64,000 bases of DNA, taken from Terriglobia bacterium (GTDB taxonomy: Bacteria > Acidobacteriota > Terriglobia > Terriglobales > Acidobacteriaceae). Shown here one piece after another: positions 28,720-37,473 of this stretch. The notes under the pieces were generated by a model. It had not been told where the DNA came from, ran no database searches, and worked only from the letters and a program-made list of their open reading frames with translations. Within the stretch, counting starts at the first letter, position 1. The number at the start of each line of letters is the position of its first letter. The stretch covers positions 5,431 through 69,430 of the forward strand of contig JAIQFF010000006.1 in NCBI GenBank assembly GCA_020073395.1. Direction: 5' to 3'. The position numbers and the translations under genes were made by a program.

Positions 28720-29160
28720 TCAGGTATCGGCGCGGCCTGGCTGATTCGTTCTCCAGCCCTGGGACACAATCCGCTGACTGATGAACTGCCCACCTGCACT
28801 CACAGTGCTGATCGCCCTGAGGAGCTCCGATCCCGCATCGATCTTGGCAACGTATCCGTGGCCGCCCATGCGCATTGCACTCTCCACCACTTGCAGCGAA
28901 TCGTGCTGGCTTAGAAAGATGATGTGCGAATTCGGCGAGATCTTGCGAATACGCTTTGCTGCTTCGATGCCACTTATCCCCGGCAAACTGATATCAAGCA
29001 GGACCAAGTCCGGCTGCAGTTCCTTGGCCTTGAGGACCGCCTGTTCCCCGTCCGCCGTCTGACAAACCACGTCGAGGGTGGGATCACTGGAAAGAAGCGA
29101 ACAAATCACTCGCCTGATCACCTCGTGGTCATCGACGACTAGAATCCGAATTGCAGACAT
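28720..29160 (-). CDS. Stand-alone response-regulator receiver domain (NarL-like receiver, no output domain)
   Basis: I moved the start to MSAIRILVVDDHEVIRR (ATG at 29160). It contains DLVLLDISLPG and ends about 20 aa after the receiver, without a LuxR-type HTH. Confidence 0.8.
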   Translation of the reverse strand: MSAIRILVVDDHEVIRRVICSLLSSDPTLDVVCQTADGEQAVLKAKELQPDLVLLDISLPGISGIEAAKRIRKISPNSHIIFLSQHDSLQVVESAMRMGGHGYVAKIDAGSELLRAISTVSAGGQFISQRIVSQGWRTNQPGRADT

Positions 29161-29445
29161 TTCAAGCCCTAGAAATAAAGAAGAACCGGACCTTCGGGAA
29201 TTTGAATTGTAGCGAACTTTCACATCCAGTTCGATACCGTACAGCATGTAGTCGCCATACAGTAAAGGATGTAGAGCGCGAATTCCTTTGATGCAGGTAG
29301 AGCAAATACGCCACCGGCGCCGGGATCCGCCGGGTGCAGCGCGTTTCGCTGTAACCGGCGTCCTTGAGAGTGACTCGCGGTCAGTTAGCTGCGCGCTTCC
29401 TGCGTAGATATTGTCACCAGGCAATGGAGTTACTGCCCGCAGCTG

Positions 29446-30870
29446 TCAACATGGCTGCAAGGCTGGCCGCGGGAGAATGACTCTCGCTCTGCAGCCTCGC
29501 TCGTCGGGCCGGTTGGTAAGTTCGAGCGAGCCCCCATGCGCTTCCGCGATTTGCCGCGACAGGATAAGGCCGATCCCGCTTCCGGAAGGTTTGGTGGTGT
29601 AGAACGGAACAAACGCGTTGCTGGGATTCGAAAGGCCCGGACCGTTATCTTCTATGACTAAGGCCACAGCTTTGTCGAGCACCTTCCAGCCAATACTGAC
29701 GGCCGGCTGGAAGCTGTTCCTCGGAGGGGAATCAGCCTCGTTTACGCCCTTGGATGGCGGACCCTCCAGCACTGCTTCGGCCGCGTTGCGCACTAGATTG
29801 ATGAGCATCTGTTCGAGCTGATCCGGATCTGCCATCAGGGTGACCTCAGGTCCAGGAATCACTTTGACTTCTATGCGGGTCTCAAATCCAGCCACGCGCG
29901 TCACCAGTGGTGACAGGTTCGATTTCTTCAGGACAGGCGGCGGCATCTGCGCCAATTGCCGATATGCTTGAAGAAAGCGATTGAGTGACGCGGCACGGGC
30001 CTCGATGATGCCCAGCCCGCGTCCGAAGTCCTCACGCTCATCCGGGGCCAACGTGCTTCCGGCGAGCCGCGCATGCAGGCTTCCGGCGATTGACTTGATG
30101 GGTGCCAGCGAGTTATTCAATTCATGACCCATTACCCGAATCAGGCGCTGCCAGGCGAGTCGCTCTTCTTCCCGCAGGGCCCGGCTCACATCCGAGAGCA
30201 CGACCAGGGTGTGTGGCACTCCCCGTTGTCGAAACGAGCTTCGCCGTAAGAACCAGCGCGCATCGCTATTGAAGTGCAATGGGATCACCGAGGCATTCTC
30301 GGCGGAGAGACATGTTTTCAATCCCAGCTCCGCGGCCGTCCTGCCGAGCAATCTGGGAGAAGCCTGCTGAAGAAGTCTTTCGCCGGCAGAGTTCACCAGC
30401 CGCAGCGCTTCGCCGGGATCGAATGCAAAGAGCGGAATATCCACTTCTTCGACGACACGCTGCAGCAGGGCAGTTGCTTCAATCGCTCCGATGCGATGCT
30501 CCGCCAGCAGGTCGGCGAGCATGTTGACTTCAAGAGAGAGCTCTCCCAGAGCGTCGTCGGGAACCGCCATGCGCGCGCGGAAAGAGTAGTCCTCTTCTCG
30601 CAGAGCGCCGACCACATTGGCCAAGGTCTGCAGCGGGCGAATAATTTGATCGTGAAGTGCTGCAACAATCAATCCGCAGACGACGAGCTCGGCGAAAAGC
30701 AAAGCCAGCTTTGACTCGATGGCCCAGTCCTGCAGCCAGATCAGGACACCGCTGGTCACCAATCCGGGGATGGCCAGCCACAACGACGAACGAATAATCC
30801 GGCGCTCAAAAGAAGCTCGGCGCGCTTTCCTGCGTTTGAGCGGGTCAGTTTCGCGCGGGCTAAAGCCCAT
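29446..30870 (-). CDS. Sensor histidine kinase (2 TM with a minimal outer loop, HAMP, PAS-like, HisKA, HATPase)
   Basis: The predicted TM segments SSLWLAIPGLVTSGVLIWL and LALLFAELVVCGLIVAAL are separated only by QDWAIESK. H-box HELNNSLAPI, plus NLVRNAAEA, EDNGPGL and GSGIGL boxes. Confidence 0.85.
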   Translation of the reverse strand: MGFSPRETDPLKRRKARRASFERRIIRSSLWLAIPGLVTSGVLIWLQDWAIESKLALLFAELVVCGLIVAALHDQIIRPLQTLANVVGALREEDYSFRARMAVPDDALGELSLEVNMLADLLAEHRIGAIEATALLQRVVEEVDIPLFAFDPGEALRLVNSAGERLLQQASPRLLGRTAAELGLKTCLSAENASVIPLHFNSDARWFLRRSSFRQRGVPHTLVVLSDVSRALREEERLAWQRLIRVMGHELNNSLAPIKSIAGSLHARLAGSTLAPDEREDFGRGLGIIEARAASLNRFLQAYRQLAQMPPPVLKKSNLSPLVTRVAGFETRIEVKVIPGPEVTLMADPDQLEQMLINLVRNAAEAVLEGPPSKGVNEADSPPRNSFQPAVSIGWKVLDKAVALVIEDNGPGLSNPSNAFVPFYTTKPSGSGIGLILSRQIAEAHGGSLELTNRPDERGCRARVILPRPALQPC

Positions 30871-32275
30871 ACTTTTCCATTCGACGATAGAGCGCGCCGC
30901 GGCTCAGGCCTAGGGCTTCGGCGGCCTGGCTTACATTGCCCTGGAAGCGCTGCAAGGCCTTGCGGATCAGAATCGTCTCTACTGATTCGAGGCTCAGTTC
31001 CTCCAGGTTCTGCGCCTGTGATCGCTGCAGTCCCAAACCGAGGTCGCCCGGCTGGATTTGCTCAGTGCGGCACATGAGGACAGCGCGCTCCAGCGTGTGC
31101 TCCAACTCACGAACGTTGCCGGGCCAGGAATATTGCATTAACGATTGGAGGGCAGAGGAATCGAGCCCGCGAATCGCACGGCGGTACCGGGAGGCGTAAT
31201 GGGACAAGAAGTGGAGGGCAAGGACCGGAATATCCTCGCGGCGCTCGCGCAATGCAGGCAAATGGATTTCAACCGTGTTGAGGCGAAATAGCAAGTCTTC
31301 GCGGAACTGCCCAGCCTGACAGGCCGCCTGGAGATCCGAATTGGTAGCCGAGATGAGGCGCACGTCAATCCGCTTGGAACGCGACGATCCCACCCGTTCG
31401 ATTTCTCCTGACTCCAGCACGCGCAACAACTTGGATTGCTGGCGCATGGGCACGTTGCCGATCTCGTCCAGAAAAATCGTGCCGCCATCCGCCAGTTCGA
31501 AGCGGCCGATGCGGTCCGTGCGGGCATCGGTGAAGGCGCCCTTCACGTGGCCGAAGAGTTCACTCTCAAAAACGCCTTCGGCCAGGCCGCCAGTATTCAC
31601 TGCGACCAGCTGACGCGAGGCCCGCAACGACAGGACATGGATGGTGCGCGCGACTATTTCCTTGCCCGTCCCATGCTCGCCGGTAATCAGGACATTGGCG
31701 TCGGATGGAGCAAAGCGAGTGATGGCTTCCAGTACGGGGACCATTGACGGCGCGGTAGCGATGAACTCGGGACGCCCCTGAACGTTCAGCAGACGGTTTT
31801 CAGCCGCCAGCCGTTCCGCTCGCTGCAACGCGCGATGAAGTTCGACCTGGGTCCGCAAAATGGCGAGCAGCCGCTCGTTCTCCCACGGCTTCTGAATAAA
31901 ATCCCGCGCTCCCCGGCGCATGGCCTCAACCGCCAGGTCCACGTTGCCCCATGCCGTCATGACAATCACGGGCAACGTGCTGTCCATCGCGACGATGTCT
32001 GAAAGCAAACCCAGCCCTTCCTGTCCGGATGTGGTGTCCCGCGTGTAGTTCAGATCGATCAATACCGCGTCGTAGGAAGAGCTCGCGAGGGCTTCGCGGG
32101 CGAGCTCGGGAGAGCGGACAACGTCAACCTCGTAGCCCTGAGGTTTCAGCAGGAGCTCAATGGCTTCGAGGATGTGTTGCTGGTCGTCGGCCGCTAGAAT
32201 GCGGGGAAATTTGGATGCGCTTTGCGCCAACCCGGCGGAAAGCCCAATCTCCCCCGTCTTGGTTGAGCTTGGCAT
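30860..32275 (-). CDS. Sigma54-dependent response regulator (NtrC family)
   Basis: A receiver (RILAADDQQHILEAIELLL) is followed by an AAA+ core with GEHGTGKE, ELFGHVKGAFTDA and FLDEIG, then a C-terminal Fis-type HTH (GNVSQAAEALGLSRGALYRRMEKYGL). Confidence 0.9.
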   Translation of the reverse strand: MPSSTKTGEIGLSAGLAQSASKFPRILAADDQQHILEAIELLLKPQGYEVDVVRSPELAREALASSSYDAVLIDLNYTRDTTSGQEGLGLLSDIVAMDSTLPVIVMTAWGNVDLAVEAMRRGARDFIQKPWENERLLAILRTQVELHRALQRAERLAAENRLLNVQGRPEFIATAPSMVPVLEAITRFAPSDANVLITGEHGTGKEIVARTIHVLSLRASRQLVAVNTGGLAEGVFESELFGHVKGAFTDARTDRIGRFELADGGTIFLDEIGNVPMRQQSKLLRVLESGEIERVGSSRSKRIDVRLISATNSDLQAACQAGQFREDLLFRLNTVEIHLPALRERREDIPVLALHFLSHYASRYRRAIRGLDSSALQSLMQYSWPGNVRELEHTLERAVLMCRTEQIQPGDLGLGLQRSQAQNLEELSLESVETILIRKALQRFQGNVSQAAEALGLSRGALYRRMEKYGL

Positions 32276-32278
32276 GAG

Positions 32279-34183
32279 CTAAGGGCTTTGACTGGCGACG
32301 GTGCCGTTTTCTGCGTCCTGCACCCGTATTCCATTATGTTCCAAAGTGCTGCCAGTTGCACGATCAAGCTCAACTTTTGCCTTTTCGTAGATGGTCACGG
32401 CGGTGACCAAATCCAGCTCAGCGATGGCGAGGTCGCGCTGGGCGGTCATGGTCTGGAAAGTCGATCCCGCCCCCAGCGTTTGCTCTTTCTGCATGATCTC
32501 GAAAGTACGCTGCGCCAGGTCCCGCGCCTTGCGCGCGGCGCCAACCCGCGCCCCAGTCTGCTCCAACGCATATTGCGCGTTCCGGACCTCAATCCGAATC
32601 TGCTTTTTCAATTGCTCACGGCGGAGTTCGGCCTGCCGGTATTCCAGCTCGGAGCGGTACTGATCTGCCTTGGCCACGCGATTGCGGATGGGGATATTAA
32701 GACTCAGTCCAATGTAGTAGTCAGGGGAGGAATTGTTGAAGGCATTGGAGAGCGCTCCCGAGTAATCTGTGGGCACGTTGGAAGAATTCGGAGTGGGAAG
32801 GTTGTAGATCGGATTCAGCGGTCCGGCCAATCCCGATCCTCCGTAGAAACCAACCAGGGCCAGCGACGGTAACAACGCATTGCGCGCCGCTTTCCCACTG
32901 ATCTGCCGGTTCACCAGATCAACATCAGATTCGGCAAGTTCAGGGCGCTCGCGCAATGCCTGGGCGATGAGGTCCTGGACCGCTTCCGTGGCCTGGGTTT
33001 CGACAGTCTCGAAGTGGTCCACAGGAACAACTGGCACAGCTTCAAGCACGGGATCATCAAGACTTTTGGTCAGCGCATTCTTGATGAGCAGCTCCTGCAG
33101 TTGCAGGCTGGTGCGAGCCACGGTCAAGTCCTGATCGCGCTTTGACACTTCAGCCTCGGCGCGCATCACGTCCATGGCAGGAATACTGTCAAGCTGAAGC
33201 TGTTTCCTGGCATTGTCCAGCGATTGCTGGGCAAACGCCAGCGACTGCTCGTTGACCCGCGCCTGCTCGTAGGCGTTTACCAGGTCCCAATAAATGTTCT
33301 TGATCTGGGTGATGGTCGCGGTCACCTGATCCTTAAACGCGATGTCAGAGATCTTCTTGTTGTTCTTGGCGATGGTCAGATAGCGCAGGTTGGGCCCAAA
33401 GCCGAATCCCGCCAGCAGCTGCTGCTGGAAGGAGAAGCGGTACATGGAATTCAGGACAGGTGACAGGTTGAAGAACGGGCTGTTGGTCGTCTGGCGGCTG
33501 TTGTTGAACTCGACGGTAAAACTGGTGCCGGTCGGAAAAGCCTGCGAGTAAGTGACGCTGGCCTGTCCGGTGTTCGATTGCAGCGAGGGCACGCCGTAGA
33601 TCTGCTGATTGGCCAAAGGCGTAGTCTGGTGCTCCGCGCCAACCGAGGCCACGATCGCAGGATCGTACGAGGCGACTGCTGTGCCGGCGCCGAGTGTCGA
33701 TTGCACCAATCCGGACGCGCCTGCGCCCGCACCACCAGCGCCGCCGGTCGTGCCGCCCGCGCCAGCTCCGGGAGCTCCAGTGCCGAAGCCGCCGACGCCG
33801 CCACCGGGAGTTCCCTGTACTACGCCAGCATTGACGCCGCGAAAAATTCCGCCGGCACGGGTGCGCAAGATGTCCATGTTCGCGATGGGAAGATTGTAAC
33901 GCGCGATGGCCAGGTCAAGATTGTTCTCGAGCGCCAGCCGGATGGCATCCTTGAGAGACAAGTACAGCTTGCCGTCGCGGATCAACTGATCAAGCAACGG
34001 AGAATTTGCGAGGTCTGGACGCGGAACGCGGTCCGCCGAATACGCGCTAAACGGATTGTGCGATGCCTGCATGTCATAACGCACAGACGCGTTGGTCTGT
34101 CCCGAAGCCGTCGCGGTCAGGGCGACCAGGAACCATGCCACACATCGCGCCAGAAAGTTGGGCCGGGAAGCAATAGCTTTCAT
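32279..34183 (-). CDS. TolC-family outer-membrane channel with a Gly-rich insertion
   Basis: Signal peptide, LSLKDAIRLALENNLDLAIARYN (OEP-family N-terminal motif) and a two-repeat coiled layout. The insert is GTPGGGVGGFGTGAPGAGAGGTTGGAGGAGAGASG. Confidence 0.85.
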   Translation of the reverse strand: MKAIASRPNFLARCVAWFLVALTATASGQTNASVRYDMQASHNPFSAYSADRVPRPDLANSPLLDQLIRDGKLYLSLKDAIRLALENNLDLAIARYNLPIANMDILRTRAGGIFRGVNAGVVQGTPGGGVGGFGTGAPGAGAGGTTGGAGGAGAGASGLVQSTLGAGTAVASYDPAIVASVGAEHQTTPLANQQIYGVPSLQSNTGQASVTYSQAFPTGTSFTVEFNNSRQTTNSPFFNLSPVLNSMYRFSFQQQLLAGFGFGPNLRYLTIAKNNKKISDIAFKDQVTATITQIKNIYWDLVNAYEQARVNEQSLAFAQQSLDNARKQLQLDSIPAMDVMRAEAEVSKRDQDLTVARTSLQLQELLIKNALTKSLDDPVLEAVPVVPVDHFETVETQATEAVQDLIAQALRERPELAESDVDLVNRQISGKAARNALLPSLALVGFYGGSGLAGPLNPIYNLPTPNSSNVPTDYSGALSNAFNNSSPDYYIGLSLNIPIRNRVAKADQYRSELEYRQAELRREQLKKQIRIEVRNAQYALEQTGARVGAARKARDLAQRTFEIMQKEQTLGAGSTFQTMTAQRDLAIAELDLVTAVTIYEKAKVELDRATGSTLEHNGIRVQDAENGTVASQSP

Positions 34184-34887
34184 TGCTTCACCGCCTCATA
34201 GGGCTGTAAATCCGGGTTTGCCGTGTCGCCCACCATCCAGCCATCGCGCAATTGGATGGTGCGAGAGCCGTAGGCCGCGTTTGCTTCCGAGTGGGTCACC
34301 TGAACGATCGTGGTTCCTTGCTGGTTGAGCTCGCGAAAGAGTTCCATAATTTCCTTGGCCTGCGAGGAGTGCAGGTTTCCCGTGGGCTCGTCGGCCAGCA
34401 AAAGCGCGGGCTTGTGTATGACAGCACGAGCCACTCCTACGAGCTGCTGCTGCCCTCCGGAAAGCTGGCTGGGAAACAAATCCTTTTTGGCAACAATCTG
34501 GAAGCGGTCCAGCGTGTCGGCCACCAGGCCCTGCCGCTGCCCGCTGGGGACGTCTTTATAAGAGAGTGGCAGGTCGATGTTCTCGCGCACGGTCAGATCG
34601 TCGAGCAAGTGATAACTCTGGAAGACCATCCCGATGTTGCGTTTGGCGAGTTCGCCACGCTGCTTGCGTTTCATGTCATGAACAGCTTGGTCGCGAAACC
34701 AGTACTCGCCTAACCACTGATCATCGAGCAAGGCAAGCACGTTGAGCAGCGAAGACTTCCCTGCTCCGGACGGCCCCATGAAAGTAACGAACTCGCCCTG
34801 GCGAATCTCCAGCTTGATGCGGCGTAGGACCCAGGTTTGTCCGGCTGCGGTTTTGTAACTGCGTTCGACATTTTTCAATTGGATCAT
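34180..34887 (-). CDS. ABC ATP-binding protein, MacB/LolD-type NBD
   Basis: Walker A GPSGAGKSSLL, signature LSGGQQQLVGVARA, Walker [12 protein letters not shown]. It overlaps the TolC start by 4 nt. Confidence 0.9.
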   Translation of the reverse strand: MIQLKNVERSYKTAAGQTWVLRRIKLEIRQGEFVTFMGPSGAGKSSLLNVLALLDDQWLGEYWFRDQAVHDMKRKQRGELAKRNIGMVFQSYHLLDDLTVRENIDLPLSYKDVPSGQRQGLVADTLDRFQIVAKKDLFPSQLSGGQQQLVGVARAVIHKPALLLADEPTGNLHSSQAKEIMELFRELNQQGTTIVQVTHSEANAAYGSRTIQLRDGWMVGDTANPDLQPYEAVKQ

Positions 34888-34913
34888 TTGGTTTCTACTC
34901 TGGTAATAATTTC

Positions 34914-37469
34914 TTATTCGTAGTGCAACGCGATGTTCGGATCAGTTTGCATGGCCCGCCGGGCCGGGATGTAGCATGCAAGCAGCGCCACGGCAATCAA
35001 CCCGAACGCGGCCGCTGCTATGGTCGTGGGGTCGGACGGCTTTACTCCGAACAGAAAGCTTTGCAAATAGCGGGTCACGGCCAACACTGCGATGAAGCCA
35101 ACCAGCACGCCTGACCCTGAAATCAATGCACCCTGCCGGATCACGAGACGAAGGACATCGCCGCGCTGCGCCCCTAGAGCCAGTCGAATTCCGATCTCTC
35201 GAGTTCGCATGGAAACCTGATAAGAGAGCAATCCGTAGATTCCTACACACGTAACGATCAACGCCAAAACCGCGAACAGGGTCGAAAGATTGGCGATGAG
35301 CTGCTCCTGATAAATGTTCTGGTCGATCTGCTCCGCCTGGGTTTTCATGCCGGTGACTAGAAGATTGCTATCAAAACGGGTTACAGCGTCGCGAATTCCC
35401 GGCATCATTGCCTTCGAGTCCATCGCGGTGCGGACCTCGAAGTAGAAATCCGCATCCCAATTGCCAATTGAGTTGTAAATGGTTGGTTGGATTTCGTCGC
35501 GTACATTAGCGTACTTGGTGTCAGCCACCACGCCGACAATTTCGTCCTCAGGTCCATCCTCATTCTCCCGAAAATGGCTTCCCAGTGGATTTTCCGCTCC
35601 AAATAATCGGCGCGCCAAAGCCTGGTTCACAACGACGCGCGTCGGGACGCTGTTAGAGGGAGGCCCGGAATCCTGCGCACTTAACGTGCGGCCTTCGAGT
35701 AGACGAATGCCCATCGTTTGAAAGAAATTGCCAGCTACCGGAAGTACACCAACGTGGATGGGTCGGCCTGATTGATCTTTGGAAAAAATCTCACCGCCCA
35801 TACCCCCGCCGCTCAAAAGTAAAACTCCCGAGCGGCTGGCTGAAATGACACCCGGAAGAGACGAGAGTCGACCCTGAACGTCGCTATAGAGAGTCTGGAG
35901 GTTTTCCCCCGAACGCTTGCTATAACTGGCGTCAACCTGGAAGACGACGAGGTTTTGAGGATCGAAGCCGATGTTTTCGGCTTTCAAATTGGACAAGGTG
36001 CGCACCAACAACGTCGTCCCCGCAAGAACCAACATGGCGAGCGCCACCTGAACAACAACTAGCGCGCTACCCAGAGAAATCGGGCGTCCGGGTGTACCAG
36101 GCGCTGTCCCCGAGGTTTGTTTGAGTGCAGGAATCAACTCGGGCCGCTTACTGGAAGACGCGGGTGCAAGGCCAAAAGCGATACCGGTAAGAATGGAAAC
36201 CAGTGCGGTAAAGACAAGCACGTGAGCATCGGGACGGACGTCCACCTTCACCGGCAGGTACCAGTTATGCGATAGAAACCCTGCGAGAGCGCTAGCGCCA
36301 AGGTCACCGAGGAGAATTCCAATGGCCCCTCCCGCAACCGACAGAAGCACACTTTCCGTGAGCAACTGGCGGAGGATTCTTCCCCAAGTCGCCCCGAGCG
36401 CAACACGCATCGCCAACTCTTTTTGTCGCGCTTTCGAACGCGCGAGCGTCAGCCCTGCAATGTTGGCGCAAGAGATGAGCAGGACCAGAGCCACCGCAGC
36501 GAACAGCGCAAAAAGGGGCTGAGAGAAATTCTGGCGTAATGTGACCAATCCATGTGCAGAACTTGAGAGTGTGACTCGCGGCGAATCATCGGGTCTGAAC
36601 ATGGCGTCTGGACCATTGGTCGTGGCGGCAGCAAACAGGACGCTGGCGGCTGAAGCAGACTGCATAATACTTATGCCGGGCCTCAGTCGCGCCATCAATT
36701 CGACCCATAAAGCCTTTGCATCCGTCTTCTTCGGCAGACGCGGCTCGACTGCAGCCTGAAAGGCCATGGGCAGCCAGATGTCGGACGGGAGGCCAGGATC
36801 AAGTTCGGGGAAGTCCCCACCGGTGATGCCGATCACCGTGAACAATGTCTTACCCACTAAAACGTCTTTGCCCAGGACAGAGGGATCTTGGCCTAGTTCG
36901 TTCTGCCAAAAACGGTGGCTGACGGCAATGGCAGGCTTAGCCGTATCCGAATCGTCGGTGGGAGCGATGAGGCGGCCAAGTGCCGGATGTGCGCCCAGTA
37001 CAGAGAAGAAATTGCCGGAGACAAGTAGAACCCGCGCATGGCTAGTCTTACCGCCAGAATTCACGGCGAGCTCTGCGGGAAGCGGAACAAACGCTACGAC
37101 ACTTGAAAAAGTGCTGGATTTCTCTTGAAGCTCTTGGAACAGCGGAAAGGAAAATGAGCACCCGTCGGGTTCGAGCGGTGCTTGAGAAATAAGCGCCCGT
37201 CCGTTCCAAAAGCCTCCCCCGTGGGTGCAATTGTCATACGCGAGGGAAGCGGTCGTGTCTGGGATTCGGCGCGCTTTCCATTTCAGGAGCACGAGGCTCT
37301 GCGGATTTTTGATCGGCAGCGTGCGCAGCATGATTGAGTTAATCAGGCTGAAGATGGCAGTATTTGCCCCGATTCCTAGCGCCAGAGTTACGACCGCCAC
37401 GGCGGTAAACACCGGAATCTTGCGCAATTGGCGCACCGCGTAGCGTAGATCTTGAATTAGTACATTCAT
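34914..37469 (-). CDS. ADOP-family permease (duplicated MacB_PCD + FtsX modules), copy 1
   Basis: I moved the start to [40 protein letters not shown]. About 850 aa with two periplasmic-domain/FtsX repeats and a C-terminus ...DPNIALHYE. Confidence 0.9.
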   Translation of the reverse strand: MNVLIQDLRYAVRQLRKIPVFTAVAVVTLALGIGANTAIFSLINSIMLRTLPIKNPQSLVLLKWKARRIPDTTASLAYDNCTHGGGFWNGRALISQAPLEPDGCSFSFPLFQELQEKSSTFSSVVAFVPLPAELAVNSGGKTSHARVLLVSGNFFSVLGAHPALGRLIAPTDDSDTAKPAIAVSHRFWQNELGQDPSVLGKDVLVGKTLFTVIGITGGDFPELDPGLPSDIWLPMAFQAAVEPRLPKKTDAKALWVELMARLRPGISIMQSASAASVLFAAATTNGPDAMFRPDDSPRVTLSSSAHGLVTLRQNFSQPLFALFAAVALVLLISCANIAGLTLARSKARQKELAMRVALGATWGRILRQLLTESVLLSVAGGAIGILLGDLGASALAGFLSHNWYLPVKVDVRPDAHVLVFTALVSILTGIAFGLAPASSSKRPELIPALKQTSGTAPGTPGRPISLGSALVVVQVALAMLVLAGTTLLVRTLSNLKAENIGFDPQNLVVFQVDASYSKRSGENLQTLYSDVQGRLSSLPGVISASRSGVLLLSGGGMGGEIFSKDQSGRPIHVGVLPVAGNFFQTMGIRLLEGRTLSAQDSGPPSNSVPTRVVVNQALARRLFGAENPLGSHFRENEDGPEDEIVGVVADTKYANVRDEIQPTIYNSIGNWDADFYFEVRTAMDSKAMMPGIRDAVTRFDSNLLVTGMKTQAEQIDQNIYQEQLIANLSTLFAVLALIVTCVGIYGLLSYQVSMRTREIGIRLALGAQRGDVLRLVIRQGALISGSGVLVGFIAVLAVTRYLQSFLFGVKPSDPTTIAAAAFGLIAVALLACYIPARRAMQTDPNIALHYE

Positions 37470-37473
37470 GTTC

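Noticed and set aside
28500-28799. 99-aa minus-strand ORF between the receiver gene and cbiM.
   Set aside because: It is a read-through of the REP hairpins (translating as ...GTAGKMPALLLLL...) and of the leader. It overlaps the receiver gene's 3' end and has no coding signature.
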